Below, piece by piece: positions 41,392 through 53,930 of a stretch of 64,000 nucleotides of DNA. The translations under genes were made by a program, and so were the position numbers. Position 1 is the stretch's first letter, and each line of letters begins with the position of its first letter. The notes under the pieces are model-generated. The model had not been told where the DNA came from. It saw only the letters and a program-made list of their open reading frames with translations, and ran no database searches. The DNA comes from Nymphaea colorata (Eukaryota). The stretch spans positions 19,406,001 through 19,470,000 of the forward strand of contig NC_045138.2 in the NCBI RefSeq assembly GCF_008831285.2, in the 5' to 3' direction.

Positions 41392-44324
41392 CTTTACTTC
41401 AACCAACGTATCAACGAATCAAAATTACTGTTTCTGAAAAAGCACACAAACAAGTGGATGATCAATAAAAAAGAAGCATTGCAAAGAAAAAAAAAAGATT
41501 GTACATTAAAGTTTTTAAGAAAGAAATGAAGGAGGTATTAAACAAATTTAAACTAAATTAAAAAAATGTAACAAATGTGATCGAACTTCACGCTACCAAC
41601 ACACAAGACAGAAGGATCATCCACATAATTCTGATAGAAAACTATTTATTAGATCAGATATAAAGTTACATGGTAAACGACAAACGGGAATTTATGAAAC
41701 TACCTAAACCTTGCAAGAGGAAGTTCTTTCTTTTGAATTCTAAAAGGAAAAATTATGAAAACATACTTCTAATTTCCTTTGCAATGAACACCAAGGACAA
41801 CAATAACAGAAAAATTGATTTTATTATTATATGTCAAGAATGAGATGAAGGCGAATAAAATTCCACATAACTCACATGTTGGAAATTAACTAGATAAGAA
41901 AAAGACAAAAAGAAAATCATGAGTCTGCATCTTGAGAAAATTCTTTTGTTATATAAATACATCTATATACTCATTAGGTTTTTCTATGAGAATGAGGAGA
42001 TGGCTCCCTTCCTTCACTAAAATCAATTGAAGAATGAGGAATACAACAAACGAAAATTATTTATATCTGACCAGGGAACAATCCTGCAAGCAATGCAAGG
42101 ATCTCATTCATTCCCCAAGTTTTCTAGCTGGAAGCCCTAAGTTTTGGAAACTGCAGGTCCATCCTGATCCACCAGATCACCAATCTATTTCATTCTCTCT
42201 CCTTCTTCTGCATGTCAATATCGTGCTAAGAAACCACCAACCTTGAGAAAAATTCCTGATGTACCTGCTATAATCATTGGTTGTGGCACTCCAGGTAGGC
42301 ATTAACAGAAATGAAAAGGTCTGCCCTTTCTCCAAAAGCCTTCTAATAGATGGGCAAGAACACAAAGGATTTCAGCTGGTAAAGCCACCCTCAACAAAGG
42401 ATTTGAGCTGTAAAGCCACCCTCAACGGGTAAGTTACCATAGGAAAACCATCACAGCAGGAACTAAACCTTAAGCATTACTTGACAAGATGAAACTATTA
42501 ATTATCATGTCACTTACATGTAACTATGTAAGTGTAGTTTCCAGAGAACTATGGCTTTTCACCTAAAATTGGTGCCATGAATACTTTGAAAGGTTTGCTT
42601 TTGGGACAAAAATGTTTAAGGTTTATTCACTATGCTGCTCCCCATCCGCTAACACTTCCAATCTTGTAAGGTGGTGTTTCTAACCCTTGTCTCTGACTTG
42701 GTAGCACACTTAACCTGATTCACCAGCTTACTTAAATATAACCATATATTTCAATAGATTCCTCATTCTGACCAGTCCTTTTTGCACCTTCAGTTCACCT
42801 GCCCAAGAAATTAGTGATGGAAATTCTTACGCGACACATACTTAGTCAAAAAGATAACAGGTATGCCAGGTCAAAACTGAAAGGCAAGACTAACACCCTA
42901 TGTATATGGAAGGACGTGAAGACATTCCTATATCAAAGATTTTGAGAAATCTTTAGTGCCTTATATAACTGTGTGTCATACTGCTGATGGTCCTTTTAGG
43001 TGCGAAAAAAAGCTGGCTATGGGGCAGGTTGGAATCAGCCAATCCAAACATTGGAGTCAGTTTTAGATCGTGTCACTATAATTGTCTAATCGATATCAAG
43101 GCGAAGTTCAACATCCAGATTTGGGTCCCACATGCACAGACACTTGTGACATAAGGAGTAAGGACTTGAAAATAGTCCTGCTTAGAAAATTCTAACAAAT
43201 CCTCATGCGCTTAAACCATACTATGAAGTGTTCTAAAAAGAGTGACATGACGTGACCGCTTTCAGCTTCTTAGCGAAGAGGCGGAGTCAATAACGCCTAT
43301 AGGTCAATAAATAAGGAACTTATCAAGCTACAAGTGCACCATGAAGTGAGGTGCTTACATATCCATTTATTGCAGTGATTCTATATTCTCTGTAAACTCC
43401 ACTTTTCATCTACTTTTGTGCTTTAATCAGTTTGTAGTTTGTACCATGTCATTTTTTCCTTTTCTAACTCATTTTTTCTGTACATTTTTTATTAATTTTG
43501 TGGTATGCTCCCCGTACATTCTTTGTGGCTAATACTCCTAAATATTGGCATAAAAAAATAATACAGTAGTAATGGAAAAAATAAATGAAAATGATGAGTC
43601 GCATTGCTAGGAGATGGACTAAGAAGTAAGAACAGTTTTTCTTGTCCTTAGTCGCTATAGTTGTGCATGTAGTTATTGTATTCAACGAGTATACATAGCA
43701 GCCAGCACTGGCTGTTCCCCAATGAGGTCAGAATTCTAAAAATGAAGAAAATAAATATTGAAATTCAAATTCCAAAACAAGATTATTTCTGTATTTAGCA
43801 TTGATTTTTATACTTAAACCCTCATTTCAAATGAATGGAGCACGTTTATGTTAACCACTAGATCCGGTCATTTTACATAGTCAAGCGAAAATGATGGGAA
43901 CAATAATACATAGGAAAGTTAAAATGACATGAAATGGAAACAAGCATGACATCTTAGCACATGGATATTATCTTTGAGAAGAATCAATTTGCAATAACAC
44001 AGCTGAAAAATCAGTGCCATCTGAATACAGAAGAAGCGGGAAAAGAGGATTAATTGTACAAAGTTAATTTTGCACATTCTCAAGTCTTGCAGTTAATCAG
44101 TCCAAGAACCACAGAAGAACTAAGAACTTCACAGATTACAGAATCTCCGAAGGCCAGCTAAGAAAGACTAGAAAACATCAACATGGATATACAGCAGAGA
44201 TCGAGAGGAAGAAGAGAAAGCAAAACAGAACTGACTGAAAAAAAAAAAGACGAGAAAAAGAAGCAAGTCTGGAAAAAAATCAATACTCCAACACCCCAAT
44301 CCCCAAATCTTGCAGTAGCTACCA

Positions 44325-44456
44325 AGATCTGCAAATCGACTGAATTTCATTATGTGAATGTTCAATATACTTTCTCGTTTCAATATACATTCACATAATG
44401 AAATTCAAATTATGTCAACCAAATTATTTTCCAGATCTGCAAATCGACTGAATTTC
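44325..44456. repeat. 21-bp perfect inverted repeat nested in a 24-bp direct repeat
   Basis: Inverted arms at 44341-44361 and 44387-44407. Direct repeat AGATCTGCAAATCGACTGAATTTC at 44325 and 44433. Positions 44341-44373 are identical to 45908-45940. Confidence 0.9.
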
Positions 44457-44889
44457 CACAGTTTCCTCACCAGCCATAAGCATGACGAGGAAACACGAAG
44501 TGCCGCTCTAAATCAAATCAACAACCGATTTCCCGACAATCTATCAGTTAGAAACAGAAAATGACCTACATACAACATTTTAGATACACAATCATGAAAA
44601 ATACCGACCGCCCACGGCTTGTATTCAATTTACGAAAGATCAAAAGCCAGGGCCTATCCAGGACCAAAAACAAAAATGCAAAGCACATGCACAAACACAA
44701 CACAAAAACGCGAAAAAAATTGCAGTATATAGATCAAATATCAAGTGATCCGAGCAGGAGAGAGAGAGTACCCGTCTGTGATAGGAAGGTATCGGAGAGG
44801 CTGGATGGCCGAGAAGATTTGAGAGAGAGTACCCGCCTTTGATAGGAAGATGCGGAGAGATGGCCGGATTCCCGCGACGATTTTTTGGG

Positions 44890-45225
44890 GGAGAGAGAGG
44901 GAGAGAGAGAGAGAGAGAGCAAAAGGGGAGAGTCGGAGAACGGAGACGCACGCCGGGCCTGTTGGCAGGGTCAAATGGGTCGGGTCATATATCTGGATTT
45001 GGGTATGAGTGGAACAGGTAGACACAAATCGGATCCGATCAAAAGCTCTTGTCGAGGCCAGGGGCCAGAGGGACGTGAAACGGTCCGGGTCGGTTGGATT
45101 CAAGTCCTGACCCGTATCATTACCTCGATATGGAGCCTGCTCCCTTCAGCGTTCACTCGCTCGTTCGTCGGCCCTCTCTCTCTACTTGCCGGCAGAGGTA
45201 TCTCTCTCACTCTCTCCCCCCCTCT
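44890..45225. promoter_or_regulatory. Putative bidirectional promoter shared by SEC13 (-) and NDUFB8 (+)
   Basis: GC-rich island flanked by outward-facing CT-rich leaders: a GA tract at about 44890-44930 on + (CT on -) and a CT tract at about 45170-45225 on +. Each leader is followed by a GT donor and a long 5'UTR intron. GGGCC/TGGGTC/GACCCG site-II-like motifs lie between them. Transcription starts are inferred, not observed. Confidence 0.6.
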
Positions 45226-46124
45226 ATCTGACGCGATTGATTTCTTTAAGTCAGTTCCGAAACGGTAGCGTTTAACCAGGGATTGCCACGCTTAGTGTTT
45301 GATAGACATGCTTCTTTCAGTTTATGTTTGTGATTTGGGGATTAGGGCGTCGTTTCGAATCTGATTTCATTTCATGAGCTGTGGCTATGGAAAACGTATG
45401 TTTTATCACTTTGATCTGGTTTCGTTAAAAGGAGCGGGCGCCAGTTTCTGGTAACTTGTTAATCATGTGCTTACTCTTTACACACTTTGATTCTAGCTGG
45501 TGATCGTTTGTGTGGTGTAGGCAGGGTAATGCCGTCTGCATTTACAGTGTTTCTGATGTCAATTGTGGGAAAAGATCCGTATTGGCGCCATAAGATGGGA
45601 AAGATGAGCAAAAGGAAATGAGAAATGATTATATATCAGACCGACTAGAAAAACTGCCCCTTCCCTGTACATGGGCACATTTGAAAATCTTCGCACGATT
45701 ATGAACAATCAAGGATTATGGTGAAAAGAAAACGAAAAAATTGGAGAAACGTAGTCCCGTTAAGTGTATGGGAAATGCTGCTCGCGGAAGTTGGTCTAAA
45801 AAGCAAAGAAACTCTTATTCAGCCGTCCTGTGATGTGCTCCACTCTGATTTTAGCTTTTTTTTTCTTTGATATATTTTACTTATTTTGTTATTATATTTT
45901 GTAAATTTGAATTTCATTATGTGAATGTTCAATATACTTTTTATTGTTCTGGTTTTTAAATTTTTTACTTGACTAGATGTTCCTGATATTATCTATAACT
46001 TATTCCGAAAGCTACATTATCATGAAATTTCACTTCGTGGAGGCATAACCCAGATTGATTTCCCGAGGACCTTTATTTTATCCGCTATTCTGGCTGATTT
46101 TCCAATCCTTTTGAGTAACAACTG

Positions 46125-46458
46125 CATTGTCACATAAAAAGTGTATTATTAAAAAAAAAACGCGTATAGTACCGCAATAAGTCAGCCATATAAAACGACA
46201 ATTAGACGTGCCTTTTTTTTACAAAATGCCAGAAAATAAAAAACGTGAAAGAACACAATATATGCGTTTTTTTGTATTTTTCCATATTTTCATTATTTTT
46301 TATTTTTTATAATTTACAGGATTTGTTATATATTTTAATTTTTTTTTAAAAAATTTGCCAAGATTTTCTCGAGATATTCCCGAGATATACAATTTTGCAG
46401 CATTATACTCCATAAATTCCTCGCCGTATAATACCCATATACAATATATGTGACAATG
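46125..46458. mobile_element. MITE in the NDUFB8 5'UTR intron
   Basis: Perfect 12-bp TIR CATTGTCACATA ... TATGTGACAATG, flanked by the direct repeat GTAACAACTG / GTAACAAGTG. Confidence 0.75.
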
Positions 46459-47296
46459 GTAACAAGTGGATGCATAAACCGATTCGTTTAACTACATTGT
46501 GGTTATTGCAGGACCAACTTTCATTTCTGAACATATAGTAATGATCTTGTTGTTGTGTCACATTTTTGGGAGTTTTACTGTTGTTTTCTTCTGACTTAAA
46601 TTGAATTTAAGTTCACTTGGACTGTCTGTCTAAATATTTTTAAAACCTAATTTAAATTCATGGAAGTTGATTTATAAACAATTATTCCGACTATGTTTCC
46701 CCTTTTCATATTTTTCCATTTTCGTTTCTGTTTAATATTCAACTGCTTTTTTCCAGATTCTGTTTGGAAACATTTTTTAGTTAGTCTTGTTGGAACTTGG
46801 AAATGATTAAATTTGTTTTGATTCTGCATAATTTGTCAGTAAATTTTAATTGGATAATGATTTTAGTTACATTGGAGGGCATCACGTAGCTAACTTGTTT
46901 CTGAGATTGATCATGCTTGTCTGAACTCTGAACATGTTTGAAGTCTAGTTTTATGTAGCGTTTAAATTCTTTTCCGTTTTATATGCAGCTAATGTCTCGG
47001 TGACATGAATTTTTTTTCTCCAGCACTCATTTTCTCTCTGTTATCTAGAACCAGGTTATGTTAGATGAACTGCTATCACTGCTATTCACCTTTTTACTGG
47101 CTACATGTTTATTTCCTGATAAAAGCCAAGTATATTATTTCTTAGTTTTTTCAAATGGAAAACTTATGTAGTTTTGACTTGTTTGCCATCAACATCTCTC
47201 TCTCTCTCTCTCCCTACACCCCCCCCCCCCTGTGCTACACACATATTATTTATGTCTATTTTATATGTGTTTCTTGCAGATTATTCTCTCCCAAAA

Positions 47297-50200
47297 ATGG
47301 CTGGGAAACTGTGTAATATGGCTACACGGATCATGGGTGGCAGTAGTCTGGTTGGGCGGTCGTTGTCCTCATCTTCTCTGCATTTTCGTTCTGGCATGGG
47401 TCTGCCCGTTGGGAAACACATAGTTCCTGATAAGCCTGTACGTTTGATTAATGAAGATTAGACAAACCTGTCCGTTATATCTTATATGTGTTTTGGCCTT
47501 TTAAGGCCTTACTGTGTATTCATGTTTGTCTTCTTTGATTTCCTTTTTCTTTATCCATTTTGTTTCAGCTTCCGGTGAATGATGAGCTAATTTGGGACAA
47601 CGGAACCCCATTCCCAGAACCTTGCATAGATCGTATTGCCCCCACAGTTGGAAAGGTAAAATCTTGGTTTGCTTCTATAAGACATAATTGTTGAAAAGTG
47701 GACCGTTCACCGGTTACTACAGCCCTTGTTGCACATTTAGACCCTTTCAACTCTTGTTGTGTTTGAGTTTGACATTAGGACATTCAATGGACATGTGAAC
47801 CTCTCAATTGAACCTATGATATTCCTTCTCTTTCTTCTATTTCCTTTATCCTTGGCTGAGGTCCTCTGTCTTTTTGAATTTATCAGTAGATTTGCTTGCG
47901 TGTTTTTGAAATTACAATTATACTTTATATTTATATATTTATTTCTGAATTTTCACTTTTTGTTTTTTTTTAATTGTTTGATAATCTTCATCAGTACGAG
48001 GCTTTGGCTTGGATGTGTGGAGGTTTAGGCTTTTTTGCAGGCCTTGCACTGTTAGCTGTCTGGAATGACAAGGCTTCAAAAATACCCTTTGTAAGTTTGG
48101 TTGTTCCTCAATTTTTAGTTTGTGTTGTGTCATCTGTTTTGTGCTTGTGGAGTTGGCTGTTTTTCTCTAATTTTACATCATCTATATGTGAGATAGTAAC
48201 ACCAATTCTACGGGATGTTAGCTGTTTGTTTAAAACATTAGTGTGATGCATATAGGTGTTTGTTTATGGGATAAATGCAGCTTATATGAGTTTTCCTGGT
48301 GAAGCAGGAATCTGCTTTTTCACCGAACAAACACATGTATGGGTGACATACTATTTCTATTATTTGGTAGAGAGCTTGTCATGCTGTTCTTTATAGACTT
48401 TATTATTATTAAGTTGAAACGTGTGAATGACAGAGGGACTACAACTGCTGTTTTATCAGATTTGGGGTGATTGGTTAGATGTTCGTCGGCGAAGCTGGTT
48501 AAGCTAGCCTTGTAAATGGATTACATTAGTTGATGCCTGGTAATTACAAGTGGCCTATCGAAGACTAACTTCCCAACTTGGTTGACAATAGCATCTCAAA
48601 ATGATTGTTTCATGCTTTTAATATACAAATATATGTTATGTATAGTAATGGTGGACAATATTGTGTGAATTATGTTTTAAAAACTGCAGCTTCTTTTGCA
48701 AGTGTATGAATGTAGGCCACGCATGCCTTGAGGGGCATAGGGTAGCTGGTCGGGCTGGTGGACGGGTTAGAGCCTGATTGTCAACTCATTTCCCATGGAT
48801 GCTGCTCCTTTAGACTGAAAATAGTGGAATCATGACATTAAAGTTGATGAGTGTACTGTATGTCTTGAAGCAGCCTTGGATCCTGGGAACAGGGTGAAGA
48901 GAGGAGCGCTTTGGCCCTTCTTTAGGCAGCTCCAACTTACCTGAATGTAGGCTGGGTATGAAAATTAAGGAGCCTGTTGTACTGGAGCCTCTTTGTACCC
49001 AACTTTTTCTTTACTGGTGCCAGAAATGGTCACACTGAGTGGATCTGTAAATCAAATTTTTAGACTAAATTAAGTTTCCATGCTTGAATATAAGAAACTG
49101 TCTTTAGATTTCATCATACATCACAGTGACAATTTGAACTAATTCGTATAGATGAACCCACAAATCAAAAGGAGCCCTCTCTCCTTTTTCAGAGTATTGT
49201 TTTTCTATAAGAGTACTTAACCTGTTGACTTTCTTTCTTTCTGGGTTTACACATGTCTCTCCATCCGATGATTGAAAACTAGTTGATATACTTGACACTA
49301 TTAAATGGTTAGCACAATTTACATACTCTCTCTCTCTCTCTATTATATATATATATAAAGATTCATTGATTCAGCACCTCACTTTGTATTGGTGTCCGAT
49401 TAGCTTTCTGAAATCTGACTTAGATATGAACTTAGAATGTCAAAATCTATAGGTTTGAAAAGAAATGTATTAGATGCACATATTGGGCATTCTAGTTTTT
49501 TTAGAATGGCTTTAAGTTTGTCAGAGATTGAGAGGTTATATCTGTTCATGGGATATCAATGGTCCTTGTTCTTTCTTTACCAATAAGTTTTCAAGTTCAT
49601 GGGTGGAGTCAGATTTCAAAAAATTTGCCAAAATCTTCCTGAAATGGCAGGATTACAAAAACCAGATACATGCTGAATATACATATATATATGATATAGG
49701 ATGTGGATTTTTCTTTCTGTCCAGATGCTCTGGCCTGTGACACACACAGCCCAATGCATTGCATGACTGTGTGTGAGAGGGTGGAACATCATATATATAT
49801 ATATATATAGTCAGTGAACAACGACTCTTGTAGATAGACGGTTGAGAAAAAAAGCAAGGAGATAAAGGTGTAAACTAATGTTAGATTACAAAAATGCCCG
49901 TCACTTTTTTTCCTTTTTTTTTTCTCTTAACCGTCCATCATGTTGGATCGGGCAGTGCATATTAGATGGTGGGGTGACTCTAAAAAGCTAGAGTCACCAT
50001 TTACCTATATATATATATATAATATAATATGGACGGTTGTCTATGGCTGAATGGTGACTATGCCTGAAAAATCCAACCTTGTAGAATGTTCAAAAATTTA
50101 TATGCATAAGAAAAATGTTGAGTTCCAACTTGTGGATGTGATTCTGTGACCCTTCAATTGCAACCAATATAAGCCAGTGATTTTGATTTATTATAAAATC

Positions 50201-51179
50201 TGATCTATTTTTGGATGACTTTATATGCATATAGATTTGGGACTTTTACATCCATTCATACAATTGGATTTCATAGAAACCTGCTAATGAATGGCCATGG
50301 CCACTAAGGGTAGACAACTGAATTCATTTATCTCTCTCTCTCTCTCTCTCTCTCGCACACACACACACACACACACATGTTATAACGTTGCTATGGTGCT
50401 CTTTGCTCCTTGTTTGATAACCACATCCATTCTGGGTCCCATCTCAAAACTTGAGTGTAATCTTGGTTCGAGTAGCATTAGTTATATTGGTAAGTTGTCA
50501 AAATAGAAAGTTGAGCCTTGGTCGTTCCAGATCATAAAAAGAGTTGGTCCAAATCAGTCCAATTTAACTGACTAAAAGTAAATAAAAATATGTATACAGA
50601 AACAGATACAAAGTTGACACACTCTCATATGTATATAATATGCACACACAAAGAATGCCTATGTTTCAGGAAGTAGTTGGCTGACAGACGGCTAGGTTGA
50701 CTAGTAGACTAGTCTGACCAACTAGTTGTTCGTTTGACCACACAATTTGGTTGACAACCGATACAACTGACTAAGTCAATATCTTAACTAAAAGCTTTCG
50801 GGTTACTTGGGAGATTACTCTTGCAGCATCCCGCCTACATTAATCCTCCTTTCTGTTTTAAGTAGGTCACTTTGCAATTTGTCTGTTTTCCTGTTGGATC
50901 CTCTTTGGTCTGATGTATCAGATAGTTTACTTTTTCCATAGGAAACACATTCTCCTTTGGAACTGAAGTAGTTGATGGATTTACCTTTTCCTTCAAAAAC
51001 TGTGCGTTGTTTAAATGTTAATCATGATTACTGTGAGCATCTTGCTGAATGTGGACTAAATAGCCAAGCAAGTTTTTCCATCATCAGCTACTGAGGTGCT
51101 GTTTGTAATTTTCTACATGCAGACACCAAAAGTCTATCCATTCGACAATCTACGGGTGGAGCTTGGAGGCGAACCATGA
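47297..51179 (+). CDS. NDUFB8: Mitochondrial complex I subunit NDUFB8/ASHI, 126 aa, 4 exons
   Basis: Exons 47297-47437, 47569-47655, 47995-48090, 51123-51179, all phase-0 GT-AG. Protein MAGKLCNMATRIMGG...GMGLPVGKHIVPDKP|LPVNDELIWDNGTPFPEPCIDRIAPTVGK|YEALAWMCGGLGFFAGLALLAVWNDKASKIPF|TPKVYPFDNLRVELGGEP*. Confidence 0.95.
48730..48850 (+). mobile_element. tRNA-derived SINE-like relic in NDUFB8 intron 3
   Basis: GAGGGGCATAGGGTAGCTGGTCGGG...TTCCCATGGATGCTGCTCCT, homologous to the 24386 and 39280 copies. Confidence 0.45.
49806..50320. mobile_element. Two adjacent fold-back MITE-like elements associated with (TA)n tracts in NDUFB8 intron 3
   Basis: First element (about 49806-50008): inverted blocks ATAGACGGTTGAGAAAAAAA / TTTTTCTCTTAACCGTCCAT and GACTCT / AGAGTC. 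Second element (about 50035-50320): GGTTGTCTA / TAGACAACT. Confidence 0.45.
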
Positions 51180-51751
51180 GCTTTTAGTTTTGAATCCACA
51201 ATTTCGCAGATGATATCTTAGTTCATTTGAATTTCTTCTGAACTGATGCAGGTGAAAGAATATAGCAATCCGATCAGCTTTATTATGTGTTTTTTTTTTT
51301 TTTCTCTTTGGTTGATTCAGGTTCGACTGGACAAGGGTTGTTTCCAAAAGTTCTTTGCTTGTTAAAAGATACGAAGATCCTGATTGTGAATAATGAAAAC
51401 GGAGTTTAATAAAGGGATGCTGGTCTCTGATGTTGCTCTAGGATCTGTGTTGGACGGAAACTTGTATTCAAATTTATATTTGGATAGGTATTACTATTAC
51501 CCAGTCAGGTCTGGGACTTCTATGCCATCTTTCTTTTCATATCTCTTCTCAGTGGACTGCTCTGAGGGCGAGAGATAGCAAATAATTCTTTTTATCTTTT
51601 CCAGACCATAATCTATAGTTTAACAACTTGGTTGCGTTGGATGGCCATTCATCTTTGAAATTTATGCAATCTAACCGTGATGGTTATATGCGGTTCCGTC
51701 CCATAGTTGAGTGGGGAAAGTAGTCCTCACTTTGAGCTGATCCCCACTCAG

Positions 51752-51997
51752 GCATCGTTTAACTCACTTTCCAAGGAGCTCCAGTGACAGTAGTGTAATT
51801 GAGAACTTAAAGCTGAAAAAAGTTTGAATTCGCCTGTAATTTCTCTGTGCTTAGGACTTGGAAGGGATCTTTTTATCCTTACCAACTTGATCTTGTCCCC
51901 CCCTACTCACGCATCGTTTAACTCACTTTCCAAGGAGCTCCAGTGACAGTAGTGTAATTGAGAACTTAAAGCTGAAAAAAGTTTGAATTCGCCTGTA
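51752..51997. repeat. Exact 87-bp direct repeat (period 159) downstream of NDUFB8
   Basis: GCATCGTTTAACTC...GAATTCGCCTGTA at 51752-51838 and 51911-51997. Confidence 0.95.
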
Positions 51998-52625
51998 CTT
52001 TCCCTGTGTTTGCATGGGCGAGCCGCATTACGGAAAGGTTCTTCATCCATGAAACCTTTTTGGCTACTGTCTGTTTTTGTTATCCTTTCATGAGCCTCTA
52101 GGAGGAAATCTGGACATCCGTGGTTTTCACTTTATTTATTCGAATATAAATAGGTAGCTAATATTTTTGGATTTGGCTTTTCTGGGTGTACTGAATTTGA
52201 TCTAGTCCAACTCTTCTTTCATGATTTGAATTACCTAAGTTCGAACTGTTTACGTCCTCAAATTATGCCTACCGAGATCATCATTGCTTCATAGTATATA
52301 TGACCATGCTGATAGCAAACAGCTCTACGGGACCAAACTATCTACGGGACCAAACTATCATATAATGTAATGCTCGAAAAAGTAAAAGAGAAATAATGAG
52401 TAAGTTCCATAAAAACGGAGAAATAGTATGAAGGTGGGAGAAAGGAATAGGATGACCGCCTGAGCATCTGATAATTTTCCTTGTCATGTTCTATATTACT
52501 ATTGTTTCCAATTTTCTGCTGAAAATCTTTGCTGACTCCATACATGACATATGTGGAGTGAAACAGTAATAGTAGCTCAAGCGGGACGATTGGAACTTGT
52601 TATGCACCACGTCTCCAGTTCGGCC

Positions 52626-52771
52626 TAGCAGAGCCAGAAAAATTTGTTGGAGGGGCACTTGTTTAAAAACTCAAATCTGGTGGGGGCATTTATATATACA
52701 TATAAGAATAAATTAAGATTCTCATTTAAAAATAAAAAACATTTAAGAGAGTCAATGTGGCTATGCCACTG
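52626..52771. mobile_element. hAT MITE of the same terminal type as 38160-38345
   Basis: Left end TAGCAGAGCCAGAAAAATTT, internal GGGGCA motifs, right end GTGGCTATGCCACTG. Confidence 0.5.
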
Positions 52772-53632
52772 ACCTATGGGAGGCTGAAGCGTCTCCAGTT
52801 TGACCTATGGGAGGCTACGCTTTTTGTACCATAAAAAATGAGTAGGTCTCTACCTGCAAGTTGAAGTACATGAAGATGTGACCCCTTGGTATCAATGGAT
52901 CTTGGAGGCAAGGAAAAAGGGTAAGGAGGCTTTCAACTCTTGCTTAGGCAGTGGGATTAATCTTCATGATCACCTGAATTACATAGGTTTGCTTTCTTTG
53001 GCCTGGGCATTGATTTGTTCTTATGTTACGAAGAAATATTTCTCAATCAATTCTGTTGTCTCAGACCAGCGTGCTATGGTAGCTGTTTAGTTTACGGCGC
53101 CTCCCGGCAGCACAGCTTGGTCTATACTTGTTGATCTGCTAAGAAAAGGAAGAATGCAGAATCGCAGATCAACTACTTCAGTATGTGGGGTCTTTTGATG
53201 ACCACCCCCTTCCTCCTGGCTCGTGCTTGCAATCAGACCTAGCTTACCTATGAGCAAACCTTGTTTGGGCGTGGCTCGTGAACTATTCAATGACACAAGG
53301 ACTAGAGCTTGAACTCAGACCAAGCTGGAGGTTGCAAGGTTGCGAATCCGTTGCAGCTCACAAAATGAAATAAGCTCAACATGAAGTTGAACGTGAAGCT
53401 AAATTCATAGATGACGAAATTCCAGGGTGTACCCCTTAAAGGCCGGATCCTTTTTACAGCGGCTGTTCAAGATTTACCGTTCAGTTTTTTACATGGCAGG
53501 GTCGATTCATTCTGAACTTAATTTAAAAGTCATTTTTCGACCTCGATGTTTATGTGGTGCCTCCAATAACCAACTAATGGCAAATGTTTTTTTCTTGTAC
53601 AACTTCATTGCACGTAGTAATAATATCATATA

Positions 53633-53930
53633 TAAGGCTGGGCATTGGGCCAGGTACCCGTCGGGTACCATCGGGATAGGTACTAGATGCGCACCCAATA
53701 CCCAGTCCTATCTGATCCCGAATTGGGCTTGAAAAGAGCGTATCGGGCAGGTTCGATAACTTATCGAGCCGAGCCCAGGTTGGCTCGATGGGGTTTGATA
53801 TGTTTTTTGTAATATTATTTTTATTTTTATAATGCTATATATATATATATATATATGTTATTACGATTAATTATATTTATATATTGTTTTATATTTAATT
53901 TTTTTTATTGTGAATAAATGTTTTTTCCTT
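53633..53930. mobile_element. hAT-type non-autonomous element, left end (right end not resolved)
   Basis: Starts TAAGGCTGGGCATTGGGCC, then GGGTACC/CCCG/CCGAGCC motifs and an AT-rich core with (TA)n. Confidence 0.45.
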
